Below the pieces are notes generated by a model that worked only from the letters and a program-made list of their open reading frames with translations, had not been told where the DNA came from and ran no database searches. A DNA stretch of 51,810 bases, the filler included, from Bipalium vagum (Eukaryota): NCBI GenBank assembly GCA_037834085.1. It is 3 parts of 3 records of this genome, joined end to end, with 100 filler letters (N's around TTAATTAATTAA, not from the genome) between each part and the next. Parts side by side here need not be neighbours in the genome. Positions count along the whole stretch, not along the records: positions 34,036 to 51,810 come from JBBMKC010051972.1; 2 more parts are not named here. One strand, given 5' to 3'. Of this stretch, positions 34,036-47,465 are shown in pieces (position 1 is the stretch's first letter; each line of letters starts with the position of its first letter). A program made the position numbers and the translations under genes.

Positions 34036-35154
34036 CAAATTGTTGTATGGAACTCCAAATTTGATAATTTTGAAGAAGTAATTAGGCATTGGAAAAAGAA
34101 GTTTATCACTCCGCCACCAAGAAGGCAGACAATTAAAAAAATAGTGGAAAAGTTTAAGAAGACTGAGAGTGACCAAGTACAATCCGGCCGACATCGTTCC
34201 GTATTAACAACGAAAACAATTCAAAGAGTGAAAAAATTTGTTAAAGAATCTAGCAATTTGTCAGTTTAGCAGGGTGCTAGGGAACTTGACATGACTGTAA
34301 GCAATTATTAAAAGGCAATTAATGAAGCAGGCTGTCATTCATTTAAGCTGTCAACCGTAATTGAGATCAGCGATGACGACTTTGACCGAAGAATGGAATT
34401 TTTTCAGACAATGTTGGTATAATTCCAAAATGACTCTTCCTTGGTCAACAAGATAATATCGTCAGACGAGAATAAGTTCATGCTCTATGGAGTTATTCTC
34501 CGCCACAATTGCTGCTATTGGGTCTACTCTAACCCTAAAATAACAATTCCTGTTAAAAACTCCAGGATCGGGATAACGGTGTGGTGTGGCTTAAGTTCAC
34601 AAGGTATCATTGGAACATGCTTCTTTGAAGATACGGTAACTGGTGAGTCATACCTGGAGATGCTGGAAAAGTTTTTATCCCTTAGAATAACAAGAAGTCT
34701 TAAGTACTTACAACAAGATGGGGCAACTGCACACTTCGCAAAAAGTCAGGAACTGGCTAGACAAAAAGTTCCCAAATCGATGGATTGAAAGACGAGATCC
34801 AATTGAGTGCCCTCCTCGTTCGCGCGACCTTACTCCGCCAGATTTCTTGTGGGGATATCTAAAACAAAATGTATACAGAGACAGATCTCATACAATCGCT
34901 GAGCTCAAGCATAAAATCAGTCATGTTTGTAATGAAGTAGATACTGGAATGTGCCAGCGAACATGTCTAAATGTACTGTCTCGATTAAGCCATTCCCTAG
35001 CTATCAATGGGTGTCACATTATATAATTACATATTGCATTTGTTTTTAAATATATGTTATTCAAATAAAAAAGTATTACCTACTTTATATCTTTATTGTT
35101 TGTTAAAATATTTAAAATGAAAGTATGTTAACAATACATAATAAACACCCTGTA
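34036..35154 (+). mobile_element. Tc1/mariner-superfamily DD41D (rosa/VS-like) transposon relic, 5' end cut by the contig edge
   Basis: IISSDE, VWCGLSSQGIIG, LQQDGATAHF (frameshift) VRNWLDKKFPNRWI...PPRSRDLTPPDFLWGYLK; about 41 residues D-to-D after frameshift correction; right end AAACACCCTG-TA. Confidence 0.88.
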
Positions 35155-36229
35155 TATGTATATATAATATAAACATTTAAATTATTTTTGATTTTTTCAT
35201 TCTACTGATGATCAATTTTCTTACAGCTTTTATCAGATATTTTGAGTTTAGATAATTTTATTTTTTTATTTATATATATTGTTTTAGGAAGAAAAGGACG
35301 AGAGAAAAATAAAATTAAGTATATTGAATAGAATTAATTTGTGTACATTAAATTTCTAAAATAATTTTTAATTAATATAAATCAACATTTAATGGTTTTA
35401 ATAAGATGTTAGTTCCTAATTAATAAGTAAATAATTATTTAAAAGCTTTTATACGTGACTAAAACAGGAGCAGAACAATAAAACTTTCCATTTCTATTTT
35501 ATTATTTTCCAATAATTGCGTACAGTATTGCTATTATGATTGTTAAAATCGCAAAATGTTTACGTGGTTAAGCTAGAGAACAGGTGTAATTAAAATCAAT
35601 ATTTCTGAATAATTATTTTTAAAAATAATTAAATATAGTTAGGTAGATCAGTTTATTAAAGCGCTTGTATTTTATGTGAACCTTATCAGAAATATTTAGA
35701 AAAATTAACACCAAGGTCGTGTCAAAGGGAAAATAAAAAATTTTTTTGCACTTGCAAAATTGAATTGAGTGATTAGACTAATGAATAAAGACATTAAAAA
35801 TTATTAATTGTACAGAAATATATTTGACAAGACTTAATTTACATAATTTTATAAATTATTATTATTAATAATAGTATTATTTACAATAAATTAAATAAAT
35901 GTTATATTTGTGAATAATTTTATTTTTTGGAATTTAATTTATTATTATATGCAAAAAACGTTTATACAAATATGTTAAAAATAAAAGGGAAATTAAATGA
36001 AAAGTTTATTTAATATAATGTAATAAAATATAATATAGTTTTACAGATGATTAACTACAATATTATTTGGTGTTTTAAAAGTAATAAGGTTAAATATCCC
36101 ATTCTTGGAAATCTATTTTTATAATAATGAAACTGCTTTTGACCAATCACAAATCCATCAAAGAATTGATCAATTAAAGAAGGCTTACATAGATACACAC
36201 TTGAGTCTATATAAATTATTGTTTCTTAC

Positions 36230-37270
36230 AATAATTAATGAATGAAACGATTTAATGAAATGGATTTGAAAAAAGAACACTATCGCGCTTACGTCTTTTA
36301 GAGATGAAGTGTAGAAGAGCCGCAACTTATGCCTACTAGCAACTCTTGGATACCCATTTAAGTAATATTCCCCCACGTGCAACCATATTCTTTTGGCGGA
36401 AAGATTTCATTGATTAAAGTCGAACATCTTTGTATGACCAGGACAGAATTGGGAGACCCTCAACTGCGCCACAAGAAGAGAATGTGGCATTTGTCAAACA
36501 TTCTCTGGATGAAAACCCGAGAAAATCTCTCAGAATGTTGACCGATTTAATTGGTTGCAATAAGAATACAATAAGGCACATCGTTGCCAATATCTTTGGA
36601 TTGAAGAAAATTTGTTCAGCATGGATTCCACACATCTTGTTAGACATCAATAAAAAGAACGATTGGAGTGTGCCACAGAGATTGTTTGGATTCGGGATCA
36701 AAATTCAATGGATGAATGCCTACGTTACTGCACCACAGAGGATGAAACTTGGGTTTTTCTCGATGCACTCCAGACCAAACAGGACAATTGAGCATGGCTG
36801 GCTCCAAACGCAGCGCTGCCACGCGTAATTTTGCTCAAGTTGACGAATAAAAAGACATTGTTCCTTCTTGCGTTCACAGGGGATGAGAAGTGCAACATGG
36901 AAGCCTTCAGCCCAGGTCAAACAGAGACAACAAAAGAGTACGTCTCTTTTGTTCATCGAACTAGGAAGAAATTGAGAACATGGATCCAAAGAAGGATCTA
37001 AAGAAGAGCAATTTCAAATCGTCCGAAGAAGTTTGAACAGAGTCGTTGCTTTTATTCCGTACCATCCCACGGGAATTCTTTGTTCATGAATTAGAGCGGT
37101 TGTATGCATATTTTAAAGATGTGATTCGTGAAGTGACATTGGTCTTTTCAAAAGTAAAGTTCTATTAGTCGAAGATGGTCTGAAAAGAAAGAGTCATGTT
37201 ATACATGCGGATCCGATCAGCATTTGAGAAGTCATCCGAAGAGGAGTTGATTGGAACTATATTTTAAATA
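36230..37270 (+). mobile_element. Mariner-like transposase pseudogene
   Basis: MDLKKEHYRAYVF, D..RIGRPST, FGLKKICSAWIPHIL, TEDETWVF; several frameshifts. Confidence 0.82.
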
Positions 37271-38929
37271 TCAGTTCAGTGGCAATATTTATATTTATTA
37301 TAAAAGATGTAGTAAGAGTTGACCGAAAAGTGTATACGTTCTTAAAGATTGTGAATACATCTGGAAAGAAGATAAATGTTTAGAAGAAAATAAGAATGAT
37401 GCTTACAGATGTGTAATAGAAAACATAGACCCAATGTGTATGTCAGAATCTGAGGATGGTGCATTGAGTACTTATTACAAACAGGAAAAAAAATAAATGT
37501 GATCAAGTTTTGAGTAGAAAAATAATGTGAGACTAGTGGAATGCGAGAGCATGTTAAAAATGTGAATAACATCAAGATATTTTTTTGGGAAAGATAAATG
37601 TAGACATCGCAAGCATAAAAAATCATACATTCACCGAACTGGGAGACACGAGTCTTGATCTCGTTGGAGGAATCTATTAAAGTGCGGTCGTCTATAAAAG
37701 TAAAGGACTGGAAAATCTAAATCAATTCAAATTCCTTCTGGGCTGAGTAAACTTTGATTTTCCTAGAATCATAAAACAAAAATTAGCTCGTCTTTACACA
37801 TTTCCATTGACTTTGTTATGTACAATCGATAATTTTTAAAATTCAATTCAGTTATAAATTCTTATTATTAAAATTTAAGTTTTCAAAACACTTTCAGTAA
37901 TTAAAGGGTTTGATGAATATCTTTTACTTGATCTTCAAAGAGTTTTAAATGAACACCTTCAATTTTGAAAATTCAATTTTATTTGATGAATGAAAATAAA
38001 TTATAAAATAAACGAATTTTAATGAAGAATTCTCTTGAATCAAATTGATTACAGTAATTCATTAATTGCATTTTCAGGCATATTTAATTTAATTTTGTCG
38101 AATTTATAGATAAAATTTTTTTTATAAATAAAAAATTTAATATTAACTGACATTTGTTTATTTAATTATGCCAATATTATAATTGAATTATTGATCTTGT
38201 TACAGAACAGAGTTTAAAGTATTGTTTTTTTAGAAAATTTAACTGTGTAATTTCATATTATTATTTTTATTTAATATTAATAATAATATTATTATTTATT
38301 TATTATTATTATCATTATTATTTATTAATTATTATTATCATCATTATTACTTATTAATAATAATTATGTTATCCATTAGTTTTTTGCTTCACAAATACTG
38401 AGATCAGTGTAAGTTTTCAAAGAATTATTACATATTCAAATAATTGTTGCACTCAATTCTATGTGATATTTCTGAATCGAATACTTTAATTAATTCTCAG
38501 AGTCTTGCAGTGAACTCGTCCGTGTTTTCTTGGACAAATGTCTACAATTATTCTGTGATTTCTCAATTATCGGAGTAATTTTTAACAAATTAAGAAATAT
38601 TGAAATTTTAATCTGTTAAGAAAGGATTAAATTTGTTTGAAAAAAGCCAAATCTTTATTTACAATTTATGAAGAAAAATGAAACCTAAAATAAATTCAGT
38701 AATATTTTTTTTAATTAATTTTAATTAAAGTTAATTTTATAATGAAAATTTCTTAGATGTATATTTATAATAATAATAATTATTATTATAAATTTTCATT
38801 AAATAATATAAATTTACGTTTGCTAAAAAATCAGATATTTCAATGTTATATCATTGCAAAAGTCCTTAGTCGATTTACAAAAAAATTAAAAAAACAATTT
38901 TATTAAATAATTACATAATCACTATTCCT

Positions 38930-39216
38930 CTGTACATGTATTCTCAAACGTTCTGCAAGATATTCAAATAGAAATTCGTATGAATAATGTAGACCAGTTT
39001 CTGCAATTATTTCTCCGCTTTCATCTACCTTTTCGCAGGTTTTTCCTGTTTTACATTATTGTACAGAATCTTATTTTCATTGCTTTTGACTAATGTGTCC
39101 ATATTGATTGAAATAAGTGAGATTCATGCTGTTAATTTTATCTCTTTCTAATAATTTTGTGGAATCTATTTAGGTTTGATTTACACCCTAGATATCTTAA
39201 ATGACAAAATACGGTA
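38930..39216 (-). mobile_element. Possible pogo/Tc2-like relic
   Basis: Terminus TACCGTATTTT on the minus strand and fragment IIAETGLHY (cf. NADETGL.Y). Confidence 0.35.
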
Positions 39217-40249
39217 GAAATTTCAACAAAGAATTTTTGCAATGTCATCTTTTTCTTACTAAGGTACAAATCACATTTTTATCGAAGACGAAAGACCCCT
39301 TTAGGAGCAGGATTGATCTTCTGAGCTAAGGTTCCCATTATGAAATCTTGCAAACCATATTTTAATGATATTTATTTATTAATAATATTTTATGCATTTC
39401 CGGAACTCATAAAACATGAAATGCTGTAAATGTTCATATCTTAAAATATCGCTGAAATGCTAAACGATTATTTTGTTGCTTTGAAATGATATATAATAAT
39501 ACTATATTTATATTATAACTTGTTGGATACAAAAATATATTTTTGACACCTGAATATATAACATTTATTTACCGAAATCGGGCCAAAACGTTTGCAATGA
39601 TCCAATATTTCTCTGATTTTATTTATTATTTAAATTACGTAAATATAAACTATTAAAACAGAAAAATTAACATTAAAATTTTAAACTGAACTTTTTCAGA
39701 TTTCCTCAATAAATGTCTAAGTATTAAAGATTAAAAAATTCTTTAAATGAAAATGAAACCAGAAATATTATTTTATAAAAATATTTCAAACTGTCAATAT
39801 TTGTCATAAAATGGCAACTGTTTTTGATTGTAAATATTTGTTTCTAATATAAACATTCAAAGTTTAAAATGAAAAAAGAGAAGAAATTTCACAAGAAGCC
39901 TCATGGAAAATACTCAAATATTTATTTTTAGACTTCCTGTTTTTGGATATATGCATTTTATTTGTTTAGGATATGATAGAGAAAAATATTAACAAACATA
40001 ATTACTTTGAATTTCTCTTTTCTTCTCTTCTCTCTGAAATAAAATAAAATATTTAATATATAAATAGATGTGTGACATAAAAATACTCGTGAGAATACAA
40101 AATTAATTACATTATAAAAATGACTTTTTTTAATATTAAAAATAAAACATTTTGGAAATTAGACGAATATATATAGTTTCCATGAATGACTTTAATACAT
40201 TAGATGCTCAAAAATCCGAAGTCTTTTATTTGTGTAAAATACAATTTTG

Positions 40250-40741
40250 AACTTTAAAATACAATTTGAATCATGTACAATCTTTAAAAATGCATTTATA
40301 TAATAAATGTTTTACGGAAATTGTACGTACGTGTGAGAAACGTAGATAAATATCAAGATATTTTTGAAGCATCCGGGCGTAAGGCTATTCATACAGTAGT
40401 TTAAAAATTTGAGGAAACTGATTCTGTCTTCCATAACCACCATCCATGAAGACTGAAAGCAGCAAGGTCTTCCTCAACTTGATAGAATTGACCTAAGCGT
40501 TGTTTACTTTCAGCAAGACGATGCTATGTGTCACACAATAATAAGAAATATCATTGAAATTTCAATGCTCGAATAGATGCGTGTCATTACAGCTTTGGTA
40601 GATATTATTTTTCATATTTAAGTGTAATTATTTATTATAAAAATATTGTATTAGTTTGTTATAAAAGTATATAGGATTTGCCTTTCGTTTTACGTTTTCC
40701 AAATGAAAAAAATTCTAAAGTCATTTATGGAAGACCCTATG
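40250..40741 (+). mobile_element. Internally deleted Tc1/mariner-superfamily (rosa-like) relic
   Basis: PGRKAIHTVV*KFEETDSV resembles the N-terminus of the 34036 element; right end GGAAGACCCTATG resembles AGAAGACCCTGTA near 17205. Confidence 0.55.
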
Positions 40742-41189
40742 AAGTGATTCAGATATTTATTAAAATATTATTAATAACCGGAAGTTAATAAAATTAACAT
40801 TAAAACAAAAATATAAACAATATTCAGTGAAGCTAACAAATTGTCACTAATATGAGAATATAAAAATAAATTGTACCTTAAATCGTTAATTTCCATGTCA
40901 AAATTTGCATAATATTTTGGAAGAATTTCATTATTTTATTTTTTTTTAAATAAATACTGAAAAGTTTAAAATTTTATTTCTGTTATTTTTATTTTCTTAT
41001 TTTTTAGCTTGAATCTCTCTAGTCAGGGGTTTTATTATTTATTTATTGAAATTTTAGATTACGCGGGCTAATTGTCATAATTAACTTTAAGTTTATAATT
41101 AAATAAAATTTTAGAGAATAAATATTGTTGAATATATACTTCTGTAGTAAGTGTTTGTCCACTTTTCAGAAAATCTTTATACAAAACTC

Positions 41190-41745
41190 CTCTAATATCC
41201 CCAAAAGTACACATTAATACCACGTTTAGCTGGTGCTACATGTTCTCCATCTGACTTTTCCATGATCATTATCTAGAAACACTATCATAATACACACATT
41301 TCTCATCAGCAATTACCATCCTGGGGAAAAATCTTCATTTCGATGCATGTCAAACAGTTCCTTACAAGCATTCAGTCTATTGTCTTGGTTAACCTCACTA
41401 AGCGAATGTGGTACCTACTTATCTCATACTTAGAAATAGTCAAAACCATGCAAATGATTTCTAATCGTTTGACTTCTGTAGAATAACGTCGATAATTCAT
41501 CGGTTCTAATTGTCAGATTTGCTTGAATTGTTTTCAATAAAACTACATCATCCATTACTTTTGGACGACGATGACTTGTTTCATCTTCCAAACCGAAATT
41601 TCTAAAAAATTATACACATTCGACTTAGCAGACAATTTCATCGCCTAAAGATGAATTAATATTATTCAAGCATTCCGGGGTAGAGAAGCTTCTTTTCAAC
41701 TCGTAGAAAGTTATTGTTCTAATTCGCAAACTTTTCATTCACAAA
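41190..41745 (-). mobile_element. Mariner transposase N-terminal relic
   Basis: IRTITFYELK, NINSSLGDE, K*VPHSLSE (WVPH motif), IADEKCVYYD. Confidence 0.8.
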
Positions 41746-43892
41746 TAAAAATAAATCTAAAAGATTATATTAAAAGTAATTATTTATAATAATTTAAATT
41801 TATCTAAAATTAAAAATTCGATTCACTATCGATAAGCAATGCGAATAAAAATACTGTATAATAATTATTAGAAATTTTATTTAAAAATTATTTAATTTAA
41901 ATTTTTCAAAGAACTTTTTTGTTATCTAATATAATAAAATTTTTAATTTGGTTTTGAAAGTTTTACTGGATATATTTATACAGCTAAACGAATATAACCT
42001 ATAATAATTATAATCATTCTCACTTTTTACAGAGTATATTTATTTTAAAATATAATATAATAATCAAGAACTATTTTTACTTAAATAAGCTTAAACAGCT
42101 AATTCTTAAACCGTGAAATCTTTGAAAAAATATTTTTATTAATTGTATTTTTGAAGGGAATTAAAGAAATATATAAAATATAATAATAATAAATAAGGAA
42201 AAAATTTAAACTTGAAAAATGAAATGTTATATAAAATAAATGAATACTCAAATAATAATACTAGTGGAATAAAAATCTTCAACTTTCTTTTATAATATTA
42301 GATAATTAATTTACTTCGTAGTGTTAGATGTGACAGACATTGTCTAAATTGGTGGATGATATCTGTTGTGGAAATTAATGATAAAATATCGGCTCAGTTC
42401 GAGATGAGGTTCAGTTACAAACCTGACTGTACGTTTTGCTCAATTTGAGCAGGGAGTTCTACATAAATTTAGACTTGGTGATTTTAACTTTAATTTTTAA
42501 CTATACATTTATTGGACAATACTTTTTGAAATAGTTAAATTATGATCAGAGTTACGATAATATTATTTTTTTATTTGTTATTAGAAATATTTGTTATTTA
42601 GGAAAACTAAAAGGCATGATTCGAACATCATTAATTCATTAGTTCAAGTGAAGGTAATAAGAATATAAGAAAGTTGCACTAGTTCCTTTATTTTAAGAAT
42701 TTAATTTATTATTTAATTAATTATAATTCAAACAAGCCAAGTACAGCAAGATAACAATTTCCTGCAACCTATAAATATTTATAAATTTAATTATTAAATT
42801 CTTATGATGTAACAATATGTAAACAGCTGTTATGCTAACTTTGATTTATGTATATCAATGTCTCAATTAAAATGATATTTGATTAAATAATTCAAATATT
42901 TTTTTGACATAAATTTATTCTCGCATCCATTTCAAACTAAATTTATATTATAATTATTAATTACAAGAAAATTAAAATTTAATTTTTGGATTGGTTATTA
43001 AATTATGTGTATAAATAGAAATATAATTTTTCATTTAGTTATTAGAAAATGTCAATAAATAACAGGGTGACAAAGAAAAAGGTATGACTGAAGCATACAA
43101 ATATATATGTAAATCTTTCCGTTGGATAGGAAATAAACTCAAAAGGCATTAGAGTTTCATCCAATATATTATTACAAATACTGAAAGGAAAAAGTAGAAG
43201 CGTATGCCAAAAAAAAGCTTTCTATTGGAACCAAATGGTTAATTATTCGAGAAACTAGAGCAAACTGTCTTAAATCTATAAAAACAATTAGGATTTTGTA
43301 GTTTCAAAAGAAACTAGTACGAGGTCTAAAATTTTTAGATGATTTCACAGACTAGGTAAAATTCTATAAAGTAAAATGAATTTCCTTTGAATTGAATGAA
43401 AAACACCTGTGATCTAAATAGTCAGAAAAAGTTTTATCTGAAGAATTTTATAGATTATAGAATCTAGATTTTGTTCGGAAAAATACTTTAATAAAAAAAT
43501 GCTTCATCATGGACTGATATTAGCATATACTACAGAAAGCAATATTCATAATCAAAAAGATATGTTCTATCTTGTTGAGTACCCGAGCCATTTCTTCAAA
43601 ATATTTTGATTTGCTGATATTAGTAATTATAGTTCAATGAACATATCTTGCTTGGTTGTAAGAACATTTAACATATTTTAAAAGTCTTCACCAGATGTTT
43701 CGGGAATACCGATCTTTCATTTGTTCAACATCTTCCTCAATTCAATAATCTGTTTATGTTTCTCATGAGTCAACTAATACCAAATGCTAATATAAGTAGC
43801 ATATTTAGTTTCATAACTAATCCAAGATTAAGCGAAGATAAAAAATTTTTTTGATAAATTATGAAACTCATTTGTTCTATCTTGGTGAAAAT

Positions 43893-45125
43893 TAAAGAGT
43901 GCCCACGATGAAAAAAGGCCGTTATAAAAGTAATATAAAAACTATAGGACAAAGAGTTTTTTTAATAAAAATATATGTATTTTAAACAGATTATATAAAG
44001 AAAACATATTCTATTGATGTTTACAAAAATATCTTAACCCCGATAAAAATGAGAAACCTCTCTTTATTCCTCCTAGTTATTCTAGTTATTTTATCTATTG
44101 ATTTCTTTCTCTTGGTTTTAAAGTCTGCTTAATTCTTTGCAGCTCTTTCGGTGTTATTTAAATTCTGTTTCACAATTAAACAATATTTTTCTGTTGGTCG
44201 GAGTTTTGGGCAGTTAGGAGGGTTAGTTTTTCGAGGAAAAAAATTCAAACTATTTTGTTTATACCATTCTAATGTATCTTTAGCATAATGAGAACTTGCA
44301 AAATCGGGCCAGAACAAAATAAGACAATCATGCTTATTAATAAAAAGCAATTTTGAGAGCACTCTTTGATGTAAATTTCTTGATTTATTGTTCCAGTTTT
44401 AATAAAACTTTTACTTATTTTTCCACATGTAAAAATGGCATGGGAATTTTGAGACCTTTCTCATCCTAAATCTTTCAGCAACTAAGTCTTTAGCCTCTGC
44501 AATATAATATTTCTGACCTAGCATTTGTTTGAAGTCTCCTTTAATGTTAGTCTCATCTTCCATAATAACACAATCAACTTTGGTAAGGAATTTTTCATAA
44601 AGCTTTCTCAAATTGTTTTTAGCAATTTTATTCTTCTGTTTATCACGATCAGGAGAAACAGTTACTTCTTCTACAATTTGTGAATATATGATTTAGATGT
44701 CTTACTTTTTTGCAACATCACGTATTGAAGGCGACTAATTTATATTAAACACACTGATGAGCTTGTTTGCTAAATTGGTATCAATTGGACCTACTTTCAT
44801 ACCTGAACCTGCCTTCCGTTCAATAGTAAAGTTCTTCCTGTAGTTTAAAATAACTTTTAGAACGGTTTTTTTTGCAACTCCAACATTTTTAGCAATTGTT
44901 GGATTTGAAGCTGCTTTATTTTTATTGTATTCGGACAAAGTCATTTCCTCATTTCAATTTGTTTACCCATTTTCGTTGCTAATATTTATTGATCTACAAA
45001 ATCCATAAATTATTACGAAAATATGATAATTAAAGAATTTAATTTATAAAATAATGGTATTAGAGCAACATATTCAAAAATAGACACAGTTTGTAATCGA
45101 CCACTTTCATCATGGGCAGTCTTTA
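43893..45125 (-). mobile_element. DD37E (ITmD37E/TRT-type) transposon, defective but with both TIRs and TA target duplication
   Basis: TA-AAGAGTGCCCACGATGAAA ... TTTCATCATGGGCAGTCTT-TA; three broken ORFs: HTH (ERKAGSG), CVIMEDET, LFWPDFASSHY...NPPNCPKLRPTE with exactly 37 residues between D and E. Confidence 0.92.
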
Positions 45126-47128
45126 ACAGAAAAATACTTTAAAGGTTGGAAAATTAAAGGGATTTAAATTTAGTTAAATTTTCAAAAAATTAAAACAGTG
45201 AATATTCAAATCCAAAATTATTTATAAAATAATTAACAAAATTAAACGAAATTCAAAAGAAAATTTAATGAATCAAGCTGAATTTTTTTATTTTAAAATG
45301 AAAACCAAATGTAATTATCATAAATTATAAATTAGTGATTTATATAAAAATGGAAGGGCTCTGACATATTTTATTCAAAATTAATAACATATTTAAGAGA
45401 ATTTGTTGTGAGTTTTTAAAATAATGGAAACAGTCGATTTTTTCTGATATTTACGAATAATCAATACAAAAAGATAATGATAACAATTCATAATTAAGAA
45501 AGAAATTGATGAAAATTGACATTCTCACACAAAATGATAGTAAGAAAATAATCAACAAATTAAAAAGAAATTTAAAAAGAAAAGAAACTGCTAAAAGACA
45601 ATACAATTCAAATAATAATAGTTTCTGATGAAAAATATAAATTACTTTGATAAAAGAATTAATCCACAGTGCATTGCTACCATCAGACGTTTTAAAAAGA
45701 TTAATGAGGAAAAATGAAAAAAACTTAAAATTTACATTTTAATTTATTTTCCGCTACAAAATATATGGGAAAAGATTAAATGAAAATAAAAATATAAAGA
45801 TGTAATATTAAAAAATGTTAAAAATATCATTTTTAAAAGAATTTAAACCTTTCAAAAGTTTTTAAGAAAAACATGTAAAAAGGAAGATGTAATATCAATA
45901 ATACATTAATGGTCCTATTGAAATCTCATATCATCCACATTCATATGTTTAATTTCAAACCATTACCCGATCTCTATTTTTATTAATTGTAATTTACTAC
46001 TGGGAAACATCTGAACATAGATTCAAACAATAAATTTTAAAATTCTCATGACTATAGAAAAAATTATTTAATGTATTATTTTGTAAAATTAATTTATATA
46101 TTTTTCTTTATCATAAAAAATTTTACGCGCTGAAATACAGATTTCTAGAATATATCTAAGAAGAAATTGTTCTATAAATTTAGAATTACATAGAATTAAT
46201 TTAACTATTAAATGGAGTAAAAAAATATTTAAAAAAAACAGTCTTGACTAATGAAATTAATCTATAAAAAATACAGATCTCTTATATTGATAAAAATTTT
46301 CCATCGTTTGCAAATTAGATCTGTTGAATTATAGGAATATTTACATAAGTTGGAGAAAAAATTCTCTTTGAAATATGCAATGCGAATTAATTAATGAAAT
46401 TTCGAAAAATTAATTAAAACTTTTTTCTTCAAACAAACATATGTTTATTCCGAATAATTTTTCATTAATATAACTTTTTAAGCTGTGTTTTTATTTTGTT
46501 TTTTCTGTCTTTCGATGTTATTCCATCTTTATCCTTCTAATCACGTCCTATACTAAGGAGAAGGTTTAATATATGCAGCTTGAGAAAAAAGCTTATTTTT
46601 CTTCTAAAATTTATCATCATCAATTTTTTTTTAAAGATTTTCACATTTATAATTATATATAATTTTATTATTATACTGTTTTTTGATGTGTCTCAAAAAA
46701 ATTTAAGTCTATATTTAGAATATTTTGGAAATTTAATTAAGATATTTTTTCTGGATTAAAAGATTTGTAAATTTAAACTTTTATCCCTTTTCCATCATTT
46801 TAATTAATCTAATAATTTAATTATAGATTTTTAAGGAAAAATAAAGTATTGATATTTTTTCAAGATTAAAACGTTCATTTCTCTTCGACTTATAATTAAT
46901 TAATTGAAATATAATCAGCACGTAAACATTAACATATAAAAATTCTATTTGCCTTATCTTATCTTCAAAGAACTCCAAGATTATCGGAATTTTAAATAAA
47001 TACTCAATTAATTAGAATTTAATTAATTAATTAAAACATTAATCTAATTGTATCGATAAACAAAATAAATATCTTGGAGTAATAAAGACAGCAAAATTTG
47101 CTGTTCTCCAATGTATTATTTTTCATAT

Positions 47129-47465
47129 TACCAATTTCCCTGAAAATAAGCCAAGGAATATTTTTGCAAAATCAAACTTTTTATGAAGAATTTTCAAAAA
47201 AAAAGCACAATAAAATATATTAAAATTTTTATTTAATCAATTCAACGATTATGATATATTCTAGAATAATTAATTAACTCTAAACTAGATACCAAATTGG
47301 GTAATTTTAAACAAAGACTTTTGTGATTAAAATACTTAATCTATCAAAAAAGTATTGCAAAAACAATTTTATCACAGAGCGAAAAACTTTAAAAACTGAA
47401 AAAAAATCCAAAAATAAGCCTATGGTCCTATTTTCAAGTGGGGTTATTTTATGGAAAGTCTGGTA
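47129..47465. mobile_element. pogo/Tc2-type MITE
   Basis: TACCAATTTCCCTGAAAATAAGCC ... GGGTTATTTTATGGAAAGTCTGGTA imperfect TIRs, plus an internal AAAATAAGCC repeat. Confidence 0.6.
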
